A stretch of DNA of 63,757 bases, filler included, from Squatina squatina (GCA_031763465.1; 4 parts of 4 records of this genome joined end to end with filler, not necessarily neighbours in it); one strand, 5' to 3'. Shown: positions 21,216 through 35,570, counted from the whole stretch's first letter. The notes: a model not told the origin generated them from the letters alone. Translations and numbers: made by a program.

Positions 21216-24200
21216 AGGTTTCCAGTAATGTTCATTTGCGAGAATTCTAGAATTGGAATGCAAATGCAACCATTTGGAGCTCCACAAATTCTAATGGTTC
21301 AATTTCTGTAGCAATTAAGTTCATTTCAAATTGACTCAAACATCGCAGCTGCTCTGATCTAAGGAAATCATTAACAAGGCATCGAGATGATGCGTGATTC
21401 GATTCAAGCTGCCTGCGATTGGACAGGATTTAACTAGGTCAAAAGTCGTGTTGAATAGCTGTCCTTTGATTTGACAGGGATGAGAATTGCTTTCTGCCTC
21501 CACATCAGCAGTACACAGGGAATGCCATTGTGGCAGGACAGCTGTGAGTGTCTCTGCAGAGAGACTGGTTGCGGTTGTCTGAATCCAAAGAAACAAAAAC
21601 GGCTGATGCGTGTGTTAGTTAGCGCAGTGTGATAATGACATTGGACATCGCCCAGTGTGATACCAAGGCATACAGACTAGGAGAAGCCCATGCTGAGTTG
21701 TTTTATTTCAGATCTCCTGCATTCTTTGTACAATTCCCCCATTTTTTGGCTTTTGATTTGTGTAAGTCTCCTCTACATCTATTCATCATTTTAGCTATTT
21801 ATACCTTCTTTTACTGTCTTTCCACTGTTTCACTGAGATGATCTTTTACATTATGAAACAGTTTTCTGTTGCTTTTGCTTTTCTTTCCAAGCCTATTAAG
21901 ATGCTTATCTTATCAGTTCTGATGAAGGTTTACAACCAACATGTTAAATTTTTCCTCTTGCTGTTCATAAAGTGGAAGTAAATCATAAATATATTAAGGC
22001 AGGGATTCAATTACTATAATATTCAGAAAATGGTGAATATGCTTTCTTGTTTCATATTAATACAATATAAATCTGTGATGTGTGGTTGCCACAGTCACAA
22101 TTCCAAACTCCAGTTCATCTGTGAAATGTTTAATCTGGCATGTGTTCAACTAGCACTGTGGCAATATTGTTAATGGGTCATTTATAGGGTGAAGCTGTAA
22201 AGCAAAGGTTTAGAAAATTGTGTGAGGCTAATCTGAACTCTCTCACCCTCCAATCTACATGGACTGGAAGAGCAAATCAGATTTAGCAATGAATGCAATC
22301 AAAAATAAAGAGGAATTAGAAAAAGGTCATTGTAAAAGAGAAAATTTTCAAATGAAACTGTACCAAAACAACTTTGCAAAAAAAATGAGTACATTAAGTA
22401 GATTTCAGATATTCCACAAATAAACACACAATTCTGTACCATTTTCCCAAATTTCATGATCCAGTGGAAGTGGGTTTCACACATTGAGCAAACAGTAACA
22501 ATGTTGCTCTCGTCCAGACTATGAAACAAATCGGATCAGTCATTCCCACAAAAGTAATTTAAAGTTTTTGCATATTAAGAAATGTCATATTTTTCCAACT
22601 AATGTAATAGTGTAATTGGGTGTCAACAGAGTAGCTAGAGAATTGAATGTACTCAATTTGACCTTGTTCATGACAGATTATTTCTCCTTAGTAACTAAAT
22701 CCAGAGTTCATACTTACTGTTCTGGTTGTAATTTTTGCCATCCAGCACATTACTGTTGTTGCTGACTTCTACTCCAGAATGTTGTTTGAATTTGATTGCT
22801 CTTGAGGAGCAAGTTTGGCTAGCCATAGGCCACATAAAGCAGAGCTGAAATGTTCTGTCCTGAGGAACAAACATGAGCAGAACTGGTCCTGTCTCAAACA
22901 GGTGCACATATCTTCTACTGATCACAGCACAGAATTGATGGTGACGATGGGGCTTTTCGGGGCTCAAACTAAAGGGAACAATGCAGCAGCAGATGGAATC
23001 ATTTGGATTTAAATGGATCAATAGAATTGTAAGTAAAATGTTGCTTTGTTACGTCTCTTGTATTTAAATATAACTGCCTTTGGAAGTACAATATCAACAA
23101 AATGCATGTTTAATGAGGGTGCTTTGCATGAATTCTTTATTAGAATGAAAGCCATGAACAATACATGCCACATCAGAAGTTGTGCATGTAGAAACGTATT
23201 ATAGAACATAGAAAATANNNNNNNNNNNNNNNNNNNNNNNNNNNNNNNNNNNNNNNNNNNNNNNNNNNNNNNNNNNNNNNNNNNNNNNNNNNNNNNNNNN
23301 NNNNNNNNNNNNNNNNNTTTAAGATATTTGAAATAGTTCAGAGTAAGTGGAAGTTGGTCTTAAACTATCGGGAAAGTTGATTGATCTTTTCTTATTCATA
23401 TCTTATTGCATGATTTGCTGTCAGTCAGTTGGGCATTGAAAAAGTTTACCATCCAGATTGTCACATTGGCTGAGGAGAAAGTTAGAGGGAAAGTCAGGGA
23501 AGATGCAGCCTAAGTATCTATCTGTGGTATTTTGTGACAAATTAAAGAATAATCACAAAGATAACTGCAGGTGATGAAGATCATTCAACCTACCTAGCTC
23601 ATTTTTTTGTTGATAAGCGAGAGCTAAAAAAAAGAGTAAAGCACAAATGTTGGGACCTCAAGATTGTTGATCATATTCTCAGTGAACTTATATTGGTGGC
23701 GGGGGGGTGAGGGATTTCAGCTTCTTCTGCATTTTGACCTGAGACTTCTGTAGAGCTATCACCATGGTAATGATGTCAAATCACATAAAATAATGTCAGT
23801 TGTAGGCCATGAGAAACCCCCATATTGGTTTACATAGAGTTGGTTATCCCAGAGCACATTTTCATTCCTTTAATCAGTACATTGAAAACAAAACCATGTG
23901 CAAAAAGCATTTTCCAAAGGTTTGTAGAAGAGGCTTATTAACTGAACTGAGATAAAAACAAACTTTCTTTGAAAAATACACGAATAACAAAAATTCCTCA
24001 CATTCAAACTAAAGAGCTATTCTCCTGTCAGCTGGCATTAAGTCAACTCTGACTCAAGAACTAACATAAATAATTAAGATCACTTCAAACTTAGCATACC
24101 AAATGAAGGAAAAAGCTTCAGGCTTCTGCTGTTATATAAAATTTATGATTAGTTAAAAATTCCAGAATATGAAATACTTTCCTGTACATTGGTCTAACAC

Positions 24201-25278
24201 TGCCTTATATTATGTTACTGATGCAGAAAAGAAATCAGACAAGGTCAGTCACTCTGGTAGAAACCCATGGTAATAACTTATAGCCAATATTGTATTCAAG
24301 ATTGTACTTAACCGTGACAATATAAAATTGGATTTCAGCAAACTCTTTAAATATTGAAAAATCAACTTTATGTAAACATTGTTATGAAGATAAACATAAG
24401 AAAGGTGCATTCAGCCTGTCCAGGTCTCTCTGCCATCCAAGCCTTTTGTTAGGGCCTGGTCTGGTACCAATAAAGAAAAGAAAAATGAGGAGAAACTAAT
24501 AGTTAAACTGTTACATGTGCACATATTGTACTAATATATTTGCCTTTCATAACAGCATGTCTGTAGTGTATACGTGCTTTCACTAAGAGGTTGCCATAAC
24601 TTATCTACTCAACACTTCTAAGTTCTGATCTAGATATAGATTTAAATCCTCATCTGTTGCAGGGATCGGCTAATGGGGATCTCATTTAGTTCTTTTTTGT
24701 CCCTTCCTACAATTTTGGAAATGATTTACAAAAAGAGAGAATTCATTTGTTCCATTTTCTAGCTTTAATGTTGAAAGTTCATCTCAAAGCAATGTTCCTT
24801 CAAACACAGCAGAACTTTGTTTATGTGTAAAATGTGGGTATTTGGCTCTGACAATTAAGGGGTAAACATTTTGCTTTGTTCTCTTATTGTGGCTGACTTG
24901 GTGGTTGGTATTCTTAAAAGTCCTTATCTTTTATTGTCTGTGCAAGTTGCAGAATGCAAAGCCGTGGGTTAAGGCAGAACTCTGCCATTTTGTTCTCTTC
25001 TGGTGAGATTCACTGTGCCTGACATTAGCAGCTGGATGGAATCACTTAGATGTGAGGACTAAGGGACATTTGTCATCATTATAATCTAGACAACATAAAA
25101 GATTCCTGAAATGTTTCTACTGCCTGATAACTTTGTTGCTGGAAAATCAGAGGTGAAAGCTGTGCAGCTGCTTGCTTTTTTTTGCTTCTCCAGCTTTAAA
25201 AAAAACAAGTGTTGCCTGAGTTATAATGTTTAACTTGGAAGTGAACTTGATTTTATCTTTTATTACATTTTTGAACAG

Positions 25279-25422
25279 ATTTCCTGGGCATTGTGCATAG
25301 GCTGAATAAGAAATTGGGCTGTGTGCTTGGCAGAACCAGGTGTGGGAGAAGAGGCTGGAGGGTAGAAGTCGGAGCTCGCGCCAAGACTGTGGGTGAGGGT
25401 GGATATCAAATTGCTGTATCAG
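25279..25422 (+). CDS. Unidentified candidate exon, 144 bp, (D)FLGIVHRLNKKLGCVLGRTRCGRRGWRVEVGARAKTVGEGGYQIAVS
   Basis: Acceptor tttttgaacAG and donor CAG|GTATGT. It is symmetric phase 1-1, and that frame is the only open one. No homologue recognised; it could be non-coding. Confidence 0.3.
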
Positions 25423-28400
25423 GTATGTAGGCATGTTGGGGAGTCAGGTGATTTTGGAAAAAAAAAGAAAATTAAAAAATAAGAAGAAACTTTATACTGG
25501 GGAATGGAGAACAGATAGACATTAATGCAGAACATNNNNNNNNNNNNNNNNNNNNNNNNNNNNNNNNNNNNNNNNNNNNNNNNNNNNNNNNNNNNNNNNN
25601 NNNNNNNNNNNNNNNNNNNNNNNNNNNNNNNNNNNACTTTGTTTGAAAAATAACAGCAGAATCTGAATTTTATTGATTGTTTATAATGCATAAGGAGGGG
25701 AGATAACTTGATTAAAAAAAAAACTCAGTAAATCCCTCCCCATCTCTTTAATGATCTCCAATGTAGTCAGACGTTATGTGCACATTTTATGGCTTCCTCA
25801 CTAATACAGAACCCACAAAACATTTCACTTAAATAACACACTACTTGTTTCCTTCCAAAGACAGTTATGTAAATAAACCTCCTGTACAAAGTAGAATATG
25901 AGTGGATGGAAGAGCCAAATGTAACTAGAGCAGTAGTTGACAGCATTGGACATGCATCAGGTCTAATATATTAGATTCTGACAGAGTATTTACATCATGA
26001 TAAAACTGTTGGGTGAATAACTTTCCCATAATGCTGATTTATCACTCTTGTGGAAGGATGGTTGTCAACTTTTAGAGAAACATTTTTTTTTCCTGTCAAT
26101 TAAATAACAATCAATCCATGTTGGGACAAAGCATAAAGTTGGAAAAAAAAACCCTAGAAAGTGTAACTGGGATAAATATATGCCTGACAAAGATCGTGGC
26201 CTAGAAATTCAATTGCATACTGTCCGCCTTTCGTATGAAAAACGGGAGCTGAAGGGCCCAAAGTAATGTATAGTGTGTGTGCACTCAGTCATCACTGAAA
26301 GTGTGCCACATGCCATAATGGTTAAGGTACTCTCTGGTCATCCAGGGCGTCCACCTGAACCTGGTGTTAGGCCCATTGCTTATGCAAGNNNNNNNNNNNN
26401 NNNNNNNNNNNNNNNNNNNNNNNNNNNNNNNNNNNNNNNNNNNNNNNNNNNNNNNNNNNNNNNNNNNNNNNNNNNNNNNNNNNNNNNNGCAATTTGAAGG
26501 TAAGTGTCGGGACACTGGGATATGTCCTGAAAATCGGGACATTGGGACATCGGGTCAGCTTAGGCCTAATGCTTGTTTCAGGCCCCTTCGTAAAATTAGC
26601 TTGCACCATGCATGCTGCGGTCAGTTTTCACACATGCACAGCAGCCAAGCCAATGGTCCTTAAAGGGGCTGCTGGAGGCTGCCACCAAAAGGCTAGTTTA
26701 AAGTTTTTAACTTGCCTGAATGTGGAGACAAAAGGAACAGGAGTGCTCCTCCCGTCACCACACTAAAACTTAGGGCCATTTCTGGCCACTGCTCGCCATC
26801 CTCCCATTTGCCCCCTTGGTCCGGACTCACCTGAGGATTTCAGCTGGCATTGCAGCCAGGTGAATTCGGTCTCCTCTGTGAATGACAAGCAGCCTCTGGG
26901 GTCGCGACTGGTGCCTGAAGCTCACTGAAGTTATCCAAGTGAAGCCGGCAAACCAATTTACCGTAGTCATCGGCCTCATTAGGTGTGTACAGGGTGTGCT
27001 ACTCTGGGATTGTACCCGTGATCCAATTTGTCGGCCATAAAGCCATGTAGAAGTTCTTAAGTGGCTCCAAATGCTATACGACGTATGTATTCAAGTGATT
27101 TTGTGTTCATAATAATATAGATATCAAAATACATTATAAAAACTCAGAAAATGTGTATAGCGTGCTCGATCTTGTAACCAAATTTGTTAGTTCATGTGGA
27201 AATTGAAGTGTTAGACTTACGAAATACACTGTAAAACAATATGGTGGAACAATAGAAGTCCATCATTCAGAACAATGTAAAAACTAGACAGCCCAGGAAA
27301 TAGATTGAAGTGCCTGACCCAAGTCTGACATGTTACAATTAGGAATTCAACACTTGATTGTAAACACTCTAAGAGGATCACCTTTCCAATGCAAATGTGT
27401 ATGTGCCCAAAACTGACAATCCTCTAGACACTGGAGCTGACAGTTTTATGGAAGGGAAATGAATTATTAAAGTCAGACAAATGACTCACTGACATTGTCT
27501 GCAGTGATTCTAAGTGCTACTGATAGCTGCAGTATCTGAAATATGCTTAATGTCCCATGTTTGTAAAACCAAAAAGAAATCCAAAGGGTATTTTTGTCAC
27601 AGGTCTTGTTACAATACTTCGGGGACAGTGTTTCCACCTGAGTGATTGCATACATTTGAAATGTGTGCAGATGCAGTGCAATTATTGTCTCAAACATAAC
27701 ACAGGACTGTGCACAGAATGGGCATAATGCACAGAACCTTTGCCTCTCAAACCGCCTTTTCACATTTGTGCAGAATATGCATATACATCACATTTGGACT
27801 GATGATATAAAATTTCAGTTTTATGCATTGACGTAAGCTGGGCCTATTTTCCTAAATTTTGTGTGTCTAACTATATACAAAAATGTGGTCCCTGGTAGTG
27901 TTATAATTTTGAGGGTGGATTAGTCTCCCTCTCCTTGGAGTTCCACATTATTAAACAGACTGGGAGATAAATAATTCCTAATCACATGCCAACAAGAAAG
28001 AGGCAGATGAAATATTCAGAGGAATGATGGGTAACAAGCCCTACAGTTATATTTACATTGTTGATCAGTAGATGGCAATATTGTTTTAGCAATATGAAAA
28101 ATCATGTGCACCTTTGGTGATGTAAATTTGTAGCTGTTCTTAGTCTGACATTTGAACTAAAGAATGATAGGAATGTGTTGCGGTTGAGTGGAAGAGATTC
28201 ACTTCCCACTGAATGTGACGTATGGGTCGACTGGTCTCGCATATTAACCGGAATGTTCTGCATTTCGTCTCCCCCAAGTTAGAGTAGTGAATTTGGCAAG
28301 TATTCCAAAAAAAACTTGGGTTACATAAAACTTGGCTCTCCATCACACTGGATGTGTATGTTGACCTCGAAGACCAGGGAAAAGCAGGAGTTTAAAAAGA

Positions 28401-28643
28401 AAGGCGAACCCAGAGTCAGCTTAGCTATTCTCCGACTGAGCATTTGTTTAAAATGCTCAATTTTGTTTTCATTAGCCTGGTTGAGGAAGGGAGAGGAGAT
28501 GGCTGTCCAACTGGCAGTCATTTTTAGTACTGAAGTGTCGCCAGTGGAGAATTGCGGACTAAGCATTAAGGTTGCTCTGAGCAATAATAAGATCTGCAAA
28601 TTCTCACACAGCAGTGTTGTAAATCTTTCACACCAGTGAACAA

Positions 28644-28786
28644 AAGAAAGACTCGCATTAATACAGCATCTTTCATGCCCTCAGGATATCCCAAGGCCTG
28701 TCCAGCCAATGAAGTACTTTTGAAGTGTAGTCACTGTTGTAATGTAGGAAACGCAGCAGCCAATTTGCGCACAGCAAGCTCCCACA
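28644..28786 (-). mobile_element. SacSINE1-like 3' fragment
   Basis: cagccaatgaagtacttttgaagtgtagtcactgttgtaatgtaggaaac, the reverse complement of the family tail. Confidence 0.8.
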
Positions 28787-30839
28787 NNNNNNNNNNNNNN
28801 NNNNNNNNNNNNNNNNNNNNNNNNNNNNNNNNNNNNNNNNNNNNNNNNNNNNNNNNNNNNNNNNNNNNNNNNNNNNNNNNNNNNNNGTCCAAAGCGTTGA
28901 CGACTTCTTATTTAGTTTGATACCATTTGTGATGTACTGAAAAATGTGAGCAACATCTTTGGAATTACAAGGGGGGAGCCACATCAAATCAAAAATTAGA
29001 AACTGTTCTGTAGCCACATTTTCCTCTGACAATGGAGCACATTCATGGGGCTTTGGCTTCAAAGCTGTTGTCCAAAATAGAAAAATACTTCCCTGAAGGC
29101 CACATAGTAACAATNNNNNNNNNNGTGTTCGGATTTAGTATATTTATTTAATGCGAGGCACCAGCGTTAGTAAAAACATATTTTCTAATGTTGGAACTAA
29201 AATTAAAACACGAACAAGATCTCAAATGAAATTTGATACAATTCTTTCCTCCCCACTTCAGATGTGTCAGTAGGGAATATTGGCTTTAACATTGCATTGT
29301 ACAATATTTGTAATATATTGGTTATTGACACAAATTGCACATGGATACATTAATAAATGCTAACAAATATTACCATGAAATTTCAACACCATTGATAGAC
29401 ACTAGAGGGCTAAGGATGAGGTCCTATAACTAGCTCACCACAAGCAATGATTCTATTCACAATACACAATAACAAAATGAATATCTGATGCTTGTAGTGC
29501 GAACTTTGTGTGACAACAGTACGTTACATCTTATCAACGTGTTAATTTAAAATCTTGCGCCTTGCAAATTCTTTCACAAAAGAATAATTAAAATGACAGG
29601 CTGAGCATCATCTGTAGAATTATGATTAGAATGAATGTTTCTGTTTATTTTCACTGATTTGGTTTTGGAATATTTTATGTTTACCATTGAGTGGGGGAAC
29701 TGGTACGAAGAATGGTGTTGGGCCTGACACAGTGTAGTGGTGTGGGTGGGAGGATGTAAATGAGCATGTAGTCAAAACTGAATCATTTGTGTTACTGACT
29801 AATTCAACTTTCTCACACTTGAGCTTAGTTATTCATACGAGTCATTTCTCCAAGGATAGCACCAGTGCTCACTGTCAAACAGAAATGTTGAACAAAATGA
29901 TAATTTTTTTCAACTGTTGGATTTTTAGATTAGATATTGAACATGAGTCACTTTTTCCAAGTCATTGTTCATTTGCTGGGCACGTAATTTCTCATTTACA
30001 AGCTCCTGCAATCATGTGGCAAAATTACTCATAATCTAAACACACTTTTACAACTTATTATAAACAAAATTATAAAGGCTGGTTTACATATTTAGAAACA
30101 CTTCATTGCAAATACCAGATAGTATTTATTAAACCAGGAGCTGAACGCAAGATTAAAAAAAAATGTTCATACTTTAATACTTGCCAAACTTAAAACTAGC
30201 AAAGGCGGACCAGCATCTACAAAAAAAAGCATACAGAGCACTAAAAAAAAAAGCAGTCAGCTCAAAAACAAGCCTGAATATTTGACTTATGACACAAAAA
30301 GTAATTAGACTGAAAATGGAGTCTTAACAGGCTTGTCTTAACTTATGCTACAGGTATTTATTGTAAGGGAAACGTAAAGTACAAAAGTGGTAAATTTAGA
30401 AATTACTAATTAAGTGAACACAAGACGGGCTATTTTCAATTGCTGGTCACACATTTATGCCTGAAAAACAGGTGGCCATCAAAATAAAAGTCGGGGTGGT
30501 GGGGNNNNNNNNNNCCCCCCAACCTTGGGTACTCCAAAGTGAACCTGATACAATTCACAGGTAGGCCAATAAATGGGCATACAGAAAACTCGTCTGTTTC
30601 GGGTGGAAGGCTGTTTAAATATGCAAATCGGGGTCCTACACTGTTTATGACCCATAGCTTGCAGGCTACATTCAAATGAGGCTTGAACCTGAAAATTGTT
30701 TGGGACTTCCAATGGTGGCTTCAGGAAGTTGGTGCAGCTGTTCTGCTGACTTCATGCCCTTTTTGGTGTATGCTTTAAATCTCCAAGATTTACATTCCGG
30801 GTGACGGTGGGAAGTGTCTGGTAGTATGTTCACCCTTCA

Positions 30840-30939
30840 NNNNNNNNNNNNNNNNNNNNNNNNNNNNNNNNNNNNNNNNNNNNTTAATTAATTAANNNNN
30901 NNNNNNNNNNNNNNNNNNNNNNNNNNNNNNNNNNNNNNN
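30840..30939. other. Artificial scaffold linker
   Basis: TTAATTAATTAA at 30884-30895, centred in Ns. Confidence 0.95.
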
Positions 30940-31359
30940 TTTTGAGTTGGGGTTAAAGCATGTTGAGCAGTGTGGAGAGCGATTAACTGTCCTGTAATCA
31001 GTTTTATAACTGACTGGAAGAGCTGGTTAGGGCAGTGGGAGGAAGCTTTCTCTTGTAACTAGGCTGCATTGTACTTGACCTGGGAGTGTTGATGGGATAC
31101 TGTTGAAGAAGCATGACCGCATCGAACCCTTGCTGTAGCTGCCCTGCTTGATGTTGGTGTTTTTTTTCTATTAAAAAAACATGACTTTTTGCATCATTGC
31201 CTGAACTGAGCTTCCTCCTTCGGGTCGCACTCCTGTTAAGTGGTTCAAATTAAATTCATACAGTAGTGACATTGGGAGAAATGCAATTGGGGCGATTCTA
31301 CATTGTGTTTTTAGAAGTCATCCCAGTCACTGATGAGTTCTGTTTTCCGTTCTGTGTAG

Positions 31360-31883
31360 GAAAGGGAATGATCTCGCTAAATGCGCACTGTGGGCCCGTG
31401 GAGTTTCTGATCCCCACCATCGGCTCTCTGGACTTGGAATTACTGAAAAGTGAGTCCACCGAGGACATGCCTGAATACCAGGAGGTGGATGGCAAAGCGG
31501 ATTCCTCTTCCCAAGAATCCCTTCAGGATCAGCACGGCCACCTGGATAAGAAGCAAGGCATCTTGCTGCGTTACAGTCTGCGCTCCACCTCCCACCTGCC
31601 CGGTCAGTTACTGTCGACACACAGTGGTGAGCCTCAGGCCAACGGGAGCTCCCTGGAGCACAGTATCGAGGACGGTTCCATCTACGAGATAGTAGACGAC
31701 CCGGACGTGTGGGTTCGAAGCAGGTCTTCAACCCGAGAGGTTGTCAGGAAGGAGAAGGTCAGCTCAGTCGCCATTGCTTCCGGAGGCAGGGGTTACCAGA
31801 ACTTTAACAGAGACTTCAAGCCGACTGTACACAGCAGTAGCGAAAACACGTTGCTCATTTGGCAGATTCCACTGACCTTGTAA
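31360..31883 (+). CDS. ARHGEF10L: Rho guanine nucleotide exchange factor 10-like protein, terminal coding exon
   Basis: Acceptor ttctgtgtAG (phase 1). GKGMISLNAHCGPVEFL...KKQGILLRYSLRSTSHLPGQLLS...LEHSIEDGSIYEIVDDPDVWVRSR...SGGRGYQNF...TLLIWQIPLTL* matches the ARHGEF10L C-terminus as I recall it. Confidence 0.9.
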
Positions 31884-33029
31884 ACTTTGTACANNNNNNN
31901 NNNNNNNNNNNNNNNNNNNNNNNNNNNNNNNNNNNNNNNNNNNNNNNNNNNNNNNNNNNNNNNNNNNNNNNNNNNNNNNNNNNNNNNNNNNNNAGTCTCC
32001 TGTCAGGCTGCTGATTGAATGAAATCTTTTGAATGGCTGAATGCTTCCTAACCAGTGAACCTCAGCTTGGTGCTTGACAGAGGAAAAATAAATTCATTTA
32101 GATTGCTTCTATCAGTTGCAGATACTATGATGGAGACTAGAAAGACTTCTGCGAAAATGAAAATATTTTTGCCATCTGGATAAACATTTGAATCACTCTA
32201 TCTATGAATTCAGTAAACTCTTGATTGCTTGCAATGTTTCCTTTCTAAACAAGTTAAGCCGAGTTCTATCAGACTATACAGCAGCCATCACTGCTTGTCA
32301 TATTCCTATTGATGGTTATTCAATAGTGGAAAATTCCTTTTCATATCTTATGAAAGAATCAAAGCAATTCAAGAATTGCTTACTTGCTGATTTGCACCGT
32401 TCAGTTTTTATAAATGTGTTATTGCGCTCTCTTCCCTCCGCCCACCCCCAACCTCCCTATAGGAAGAAACAATTGTTTGAGATACAGGTTTTTCTGACTT
32501 GTTTCAAAGTTAGTTAGCCTTCCAACTAACGTTCNNNNNNNNNNNNNNNNNNNNNNNNNNNNNNNNNNNNNNNNNNNNNNNNNNNNNNNNNNNNNNNNNN
32601 NNNNNNNNNNNNNNNNNNNNNNNNNNNNNNNNNNCCTAAAGATTCCTTTAAACCAGCACATCAGCTAGCTGAGCAAAATAAGTTATTTTCCCCATTGTCT
32701 CCTTTCTCTCCTCCACCTGCTGTCCCAAAATCATGGATTCCTTGTTACGTTCAGTTTGCATGGGGATTCGGCAACTGTAGTACCTCACCCAACTTTAATC
32801 ATTAGTCATGTGTTACTCGAGACAGTGAGTATCATCAAGCTGTTTGAGTATGAGGGGAAACAACAGCAAAGCTGATTGTGTCACCATCCAATTTCCAGAC
32901 ATAAGCGCTTTTGCAGAACTCACTAAATAACGATCGAAGGCAGGAATTCGGCTTAAGTTGCTGCCTCCCTAAATCAGGGATGCTGTGGCCAGTTGTAGCA
33001 TCTCTACCACTGCCTTTGTTCAGATCAAC

Positions 33030-33310
33030 TAACAACAACTTGCCTTTATATAGAGCCTTTCATGTCGTGAAATGTCCCATGGCACTTCACAGAAGCGATT
33101 GTCAAACAAAATTTGACACTGAGCCCCATTCGTAGATATTAGGCTAGATGCTCGGTCAAAGAGGTAGGTTTTAAGGGATGTCTTAAAGGAAGAGAGAGAG
33201 TTAGAGAGACAGAGAAGTTTAGGGAGGGAATTCCAGAGCTTGGGGCCTAGGCAGCTGAAAGCACTGCTGCCAATGGTGGAGCCAAGAGGGGATGCGCAAG
33301 AGGTCAGAAT
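33030..33310 (-). mobile_element. L2-clade LINE 3' end
   Basis: STIGSSAFSCLGPKLWNSLPKLLCLSNSLSSFKTSLKTYLFD and a caacaacttgc tail. Confidence 0.85.
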
Positions 33311-34544
33311 CGGTCCACATTTGGTGTTCAGACTCACACATAAAGACTGGTCACATGTTTGAGGCGTCATCGGGCAGCTGGAGAGCAATAACCCAGTATG
33401 TCAGTGCCTTCAGGAGAGGGAGGGGAGGGAAAATTTTGAGGGTGGGCGAAGAAGAATAAAAAACACTCAGTGTTTGATTGACAGATCTCCTCAACTGATG
33501 GCCATCAGACTAAAAGAACTGGGGGTGGGGAGAGCTGGAGGCGTGATAAAGGAGGTGAGAGATAGAAAGATAAAAGGGGGGAGACAAGCATCTTTCACTC
33601 TTCTCCCTTAGGCATTTAAAAGTGGCTTCAAACCACTACTCGTGTACATGTGGAGGAATCCTTACTTGAATAATGAAGACAACGACATCTTCAGCGGATA
33701 ATCTGTCTTTTCTCTTCAGCTGCCTCTGTTTTGTTCTGATTAAATCTCCAAATGAATAATTAAACGGCCTGTGGGACTAAGATTTGCAATTTGCCTATTT
33801 TTAGCTGCTGTTTGTAAAATTCCAGATCTAAGCACAAAATCGTGTGGCAATGTATCAATATGTTACGAAGAGTGCACCACATTTCTTTAATGATATTTAT
33901 ATAATAACATGCTTTTTTCCGTTTGTGCGTTCATTAGAACTATGTTACAGTGAATCAAAAAGACTATATCCCATTTATATTCCACATCCTTGGATCATTC
34001 CCTTGATAGCACATTGTACATCACTTGTTCTTGGTCTACATTATAGCAGTGCAAGCACTAACTTTCTCATTCAGAGCCTCTTCCCAGTGTTTGAGAGCCA
34101 CTCTCTGGGATGCTGTAAAATGCTGCACCACAAAATGATGGGATAATTATCTCTACAATTTTTCCACATTGTGGAGAGCACTGCAAAGGACCAAGGGAAT
34201 CCATCTAATCAGTCTTCAAGATCAAAAAATACCACAGTGCACCTCTCACTTTTTTGCTAATCTTTTTGAGCTCCCNNNNNNNNNNNNNNNNNNNNNNNNN
34301 NNNNNNNNNNNNNNNNNNNNNNNNNNNNNNNNNNNNNNNNNNNNNNNNNNNNNNNNNNNNNNNNNNNNNNNNNNNTTTTAATTTTAAGGCATCAATTGGA
34401 CCCATAGAACTCCAGCTCTTGGGTGCTGTTGCAGACACAGGGTCTGGGCCACTGACATTGGCAATCCTCCTGTGGCAGGAACACCAGTCCTGTACTGCAG
34501 TCTGCCATGCTATCTGTGTAAAATCTCCATAAAATTACACAGAA

Positions 34545-34965
34545 GTAAAGAAAGACTGGCTCCCATGTCCATAGACTCTTATTGTACCTCTTTGAAATCT
34601 CTCAATGTGCTTCACGTATAATGAAGTGTTGTGAGCGGTAGTGCCTGTTGCTATGTAGTGGCCATTTTGCATGCAGGAAGGTCACAATTAACCCATTTTC
34701 TTTCAGCAGTGTTGATTGAGGTAGAACCGATGGCCAGGGCACTGGGAGCCATCCCTGCCCTTCAGACACTTCCATTGGATCCTTCATGTCCACTCCAACC
34801 TCAGGAACTGATGGTTTACCATCTGAAAGATGGCACCTTCGACAATGCAGCACTCCCTCAATACGGTGCTGGAGTGCCAGCCTAGCTTACATTCTCAAAT
34901 CCTGAAGTGGGGCACGATCCCATAACCTTCTGACTCAGAGAGAAGAGCGTTATCCACTGACGAAG
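34545..34965 (-). mobile_element. Diverged SacSINE1-like SINE
   Basis: gatggcaccttcgacaatgcagcactccctca core, and head cccataaccttctgactcagag. Confidence 0.65.
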
Positions 34966-35570
34966 CTGGACCACCATATGTGATTTTTTTTCTGCTTATT
35001 TGAGACACACTATCGCCTCCTGCAGGCTGCAGCAGTGACTGCACTTATTGCTGTTGGCGATCAAATATATCTTTAATTAACATCTTTAATGGGATTCTGC
35101 TCGTTAATGCAAGAACTAAATGCTTAAAGAGATTAACTTTATTCTCATTAAGGTTTATGATGAGAAATGCTAAGATATTAAATTAAGCTATTTGTAAACA
35201 CATATTTCTTTATCATTAAGAGAATGGCAATTACCCCGCAGGACCTTTTAAAACAATTTACAAACACTTTGAGTATCAGCAGCGAGTAATTGAATTGACT
35301 GGTTTTATTTTCAAATAAAACACAAGCATCTGGATGAGCCAGACATCACGTCAATATTTTGTTCGACTCTCGGCTAATTGTCGTGACTGAAAGAGTGTGC
35401 ACTGCTCTCATTTGTATGGCAGCTGCCTGCCTCCCAAAGGCGCCACATTTGTGTCGCAATCACGCACGGTCGATACAAAATGATGTTTGCAGCCTTACAT
35501 TCTTGGCTGCCGACCTTCCGTGATGTCAATTCCATGTTGCCAATCTGTACGGACAAGCAGACAGCACAGA

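Noticed and set aside
28140-28639. Overlapping 68-107 aa ORFs on both strands
   Set aside because: No recognisable homology and no convincing splice-site pair in the frames I examined.
29125-30480. Minus-strand 3' UTR with AATAAA at 29143-29148
   Set aside because: The composition is suggestive, but no associated coding exon is visible, so I cannot support it.
33475-33484. Exact Pbx/Meis decamer TGATTGACAG
   Set aside because: A single 10-mer without supporting context can occur by chance in a window this size.
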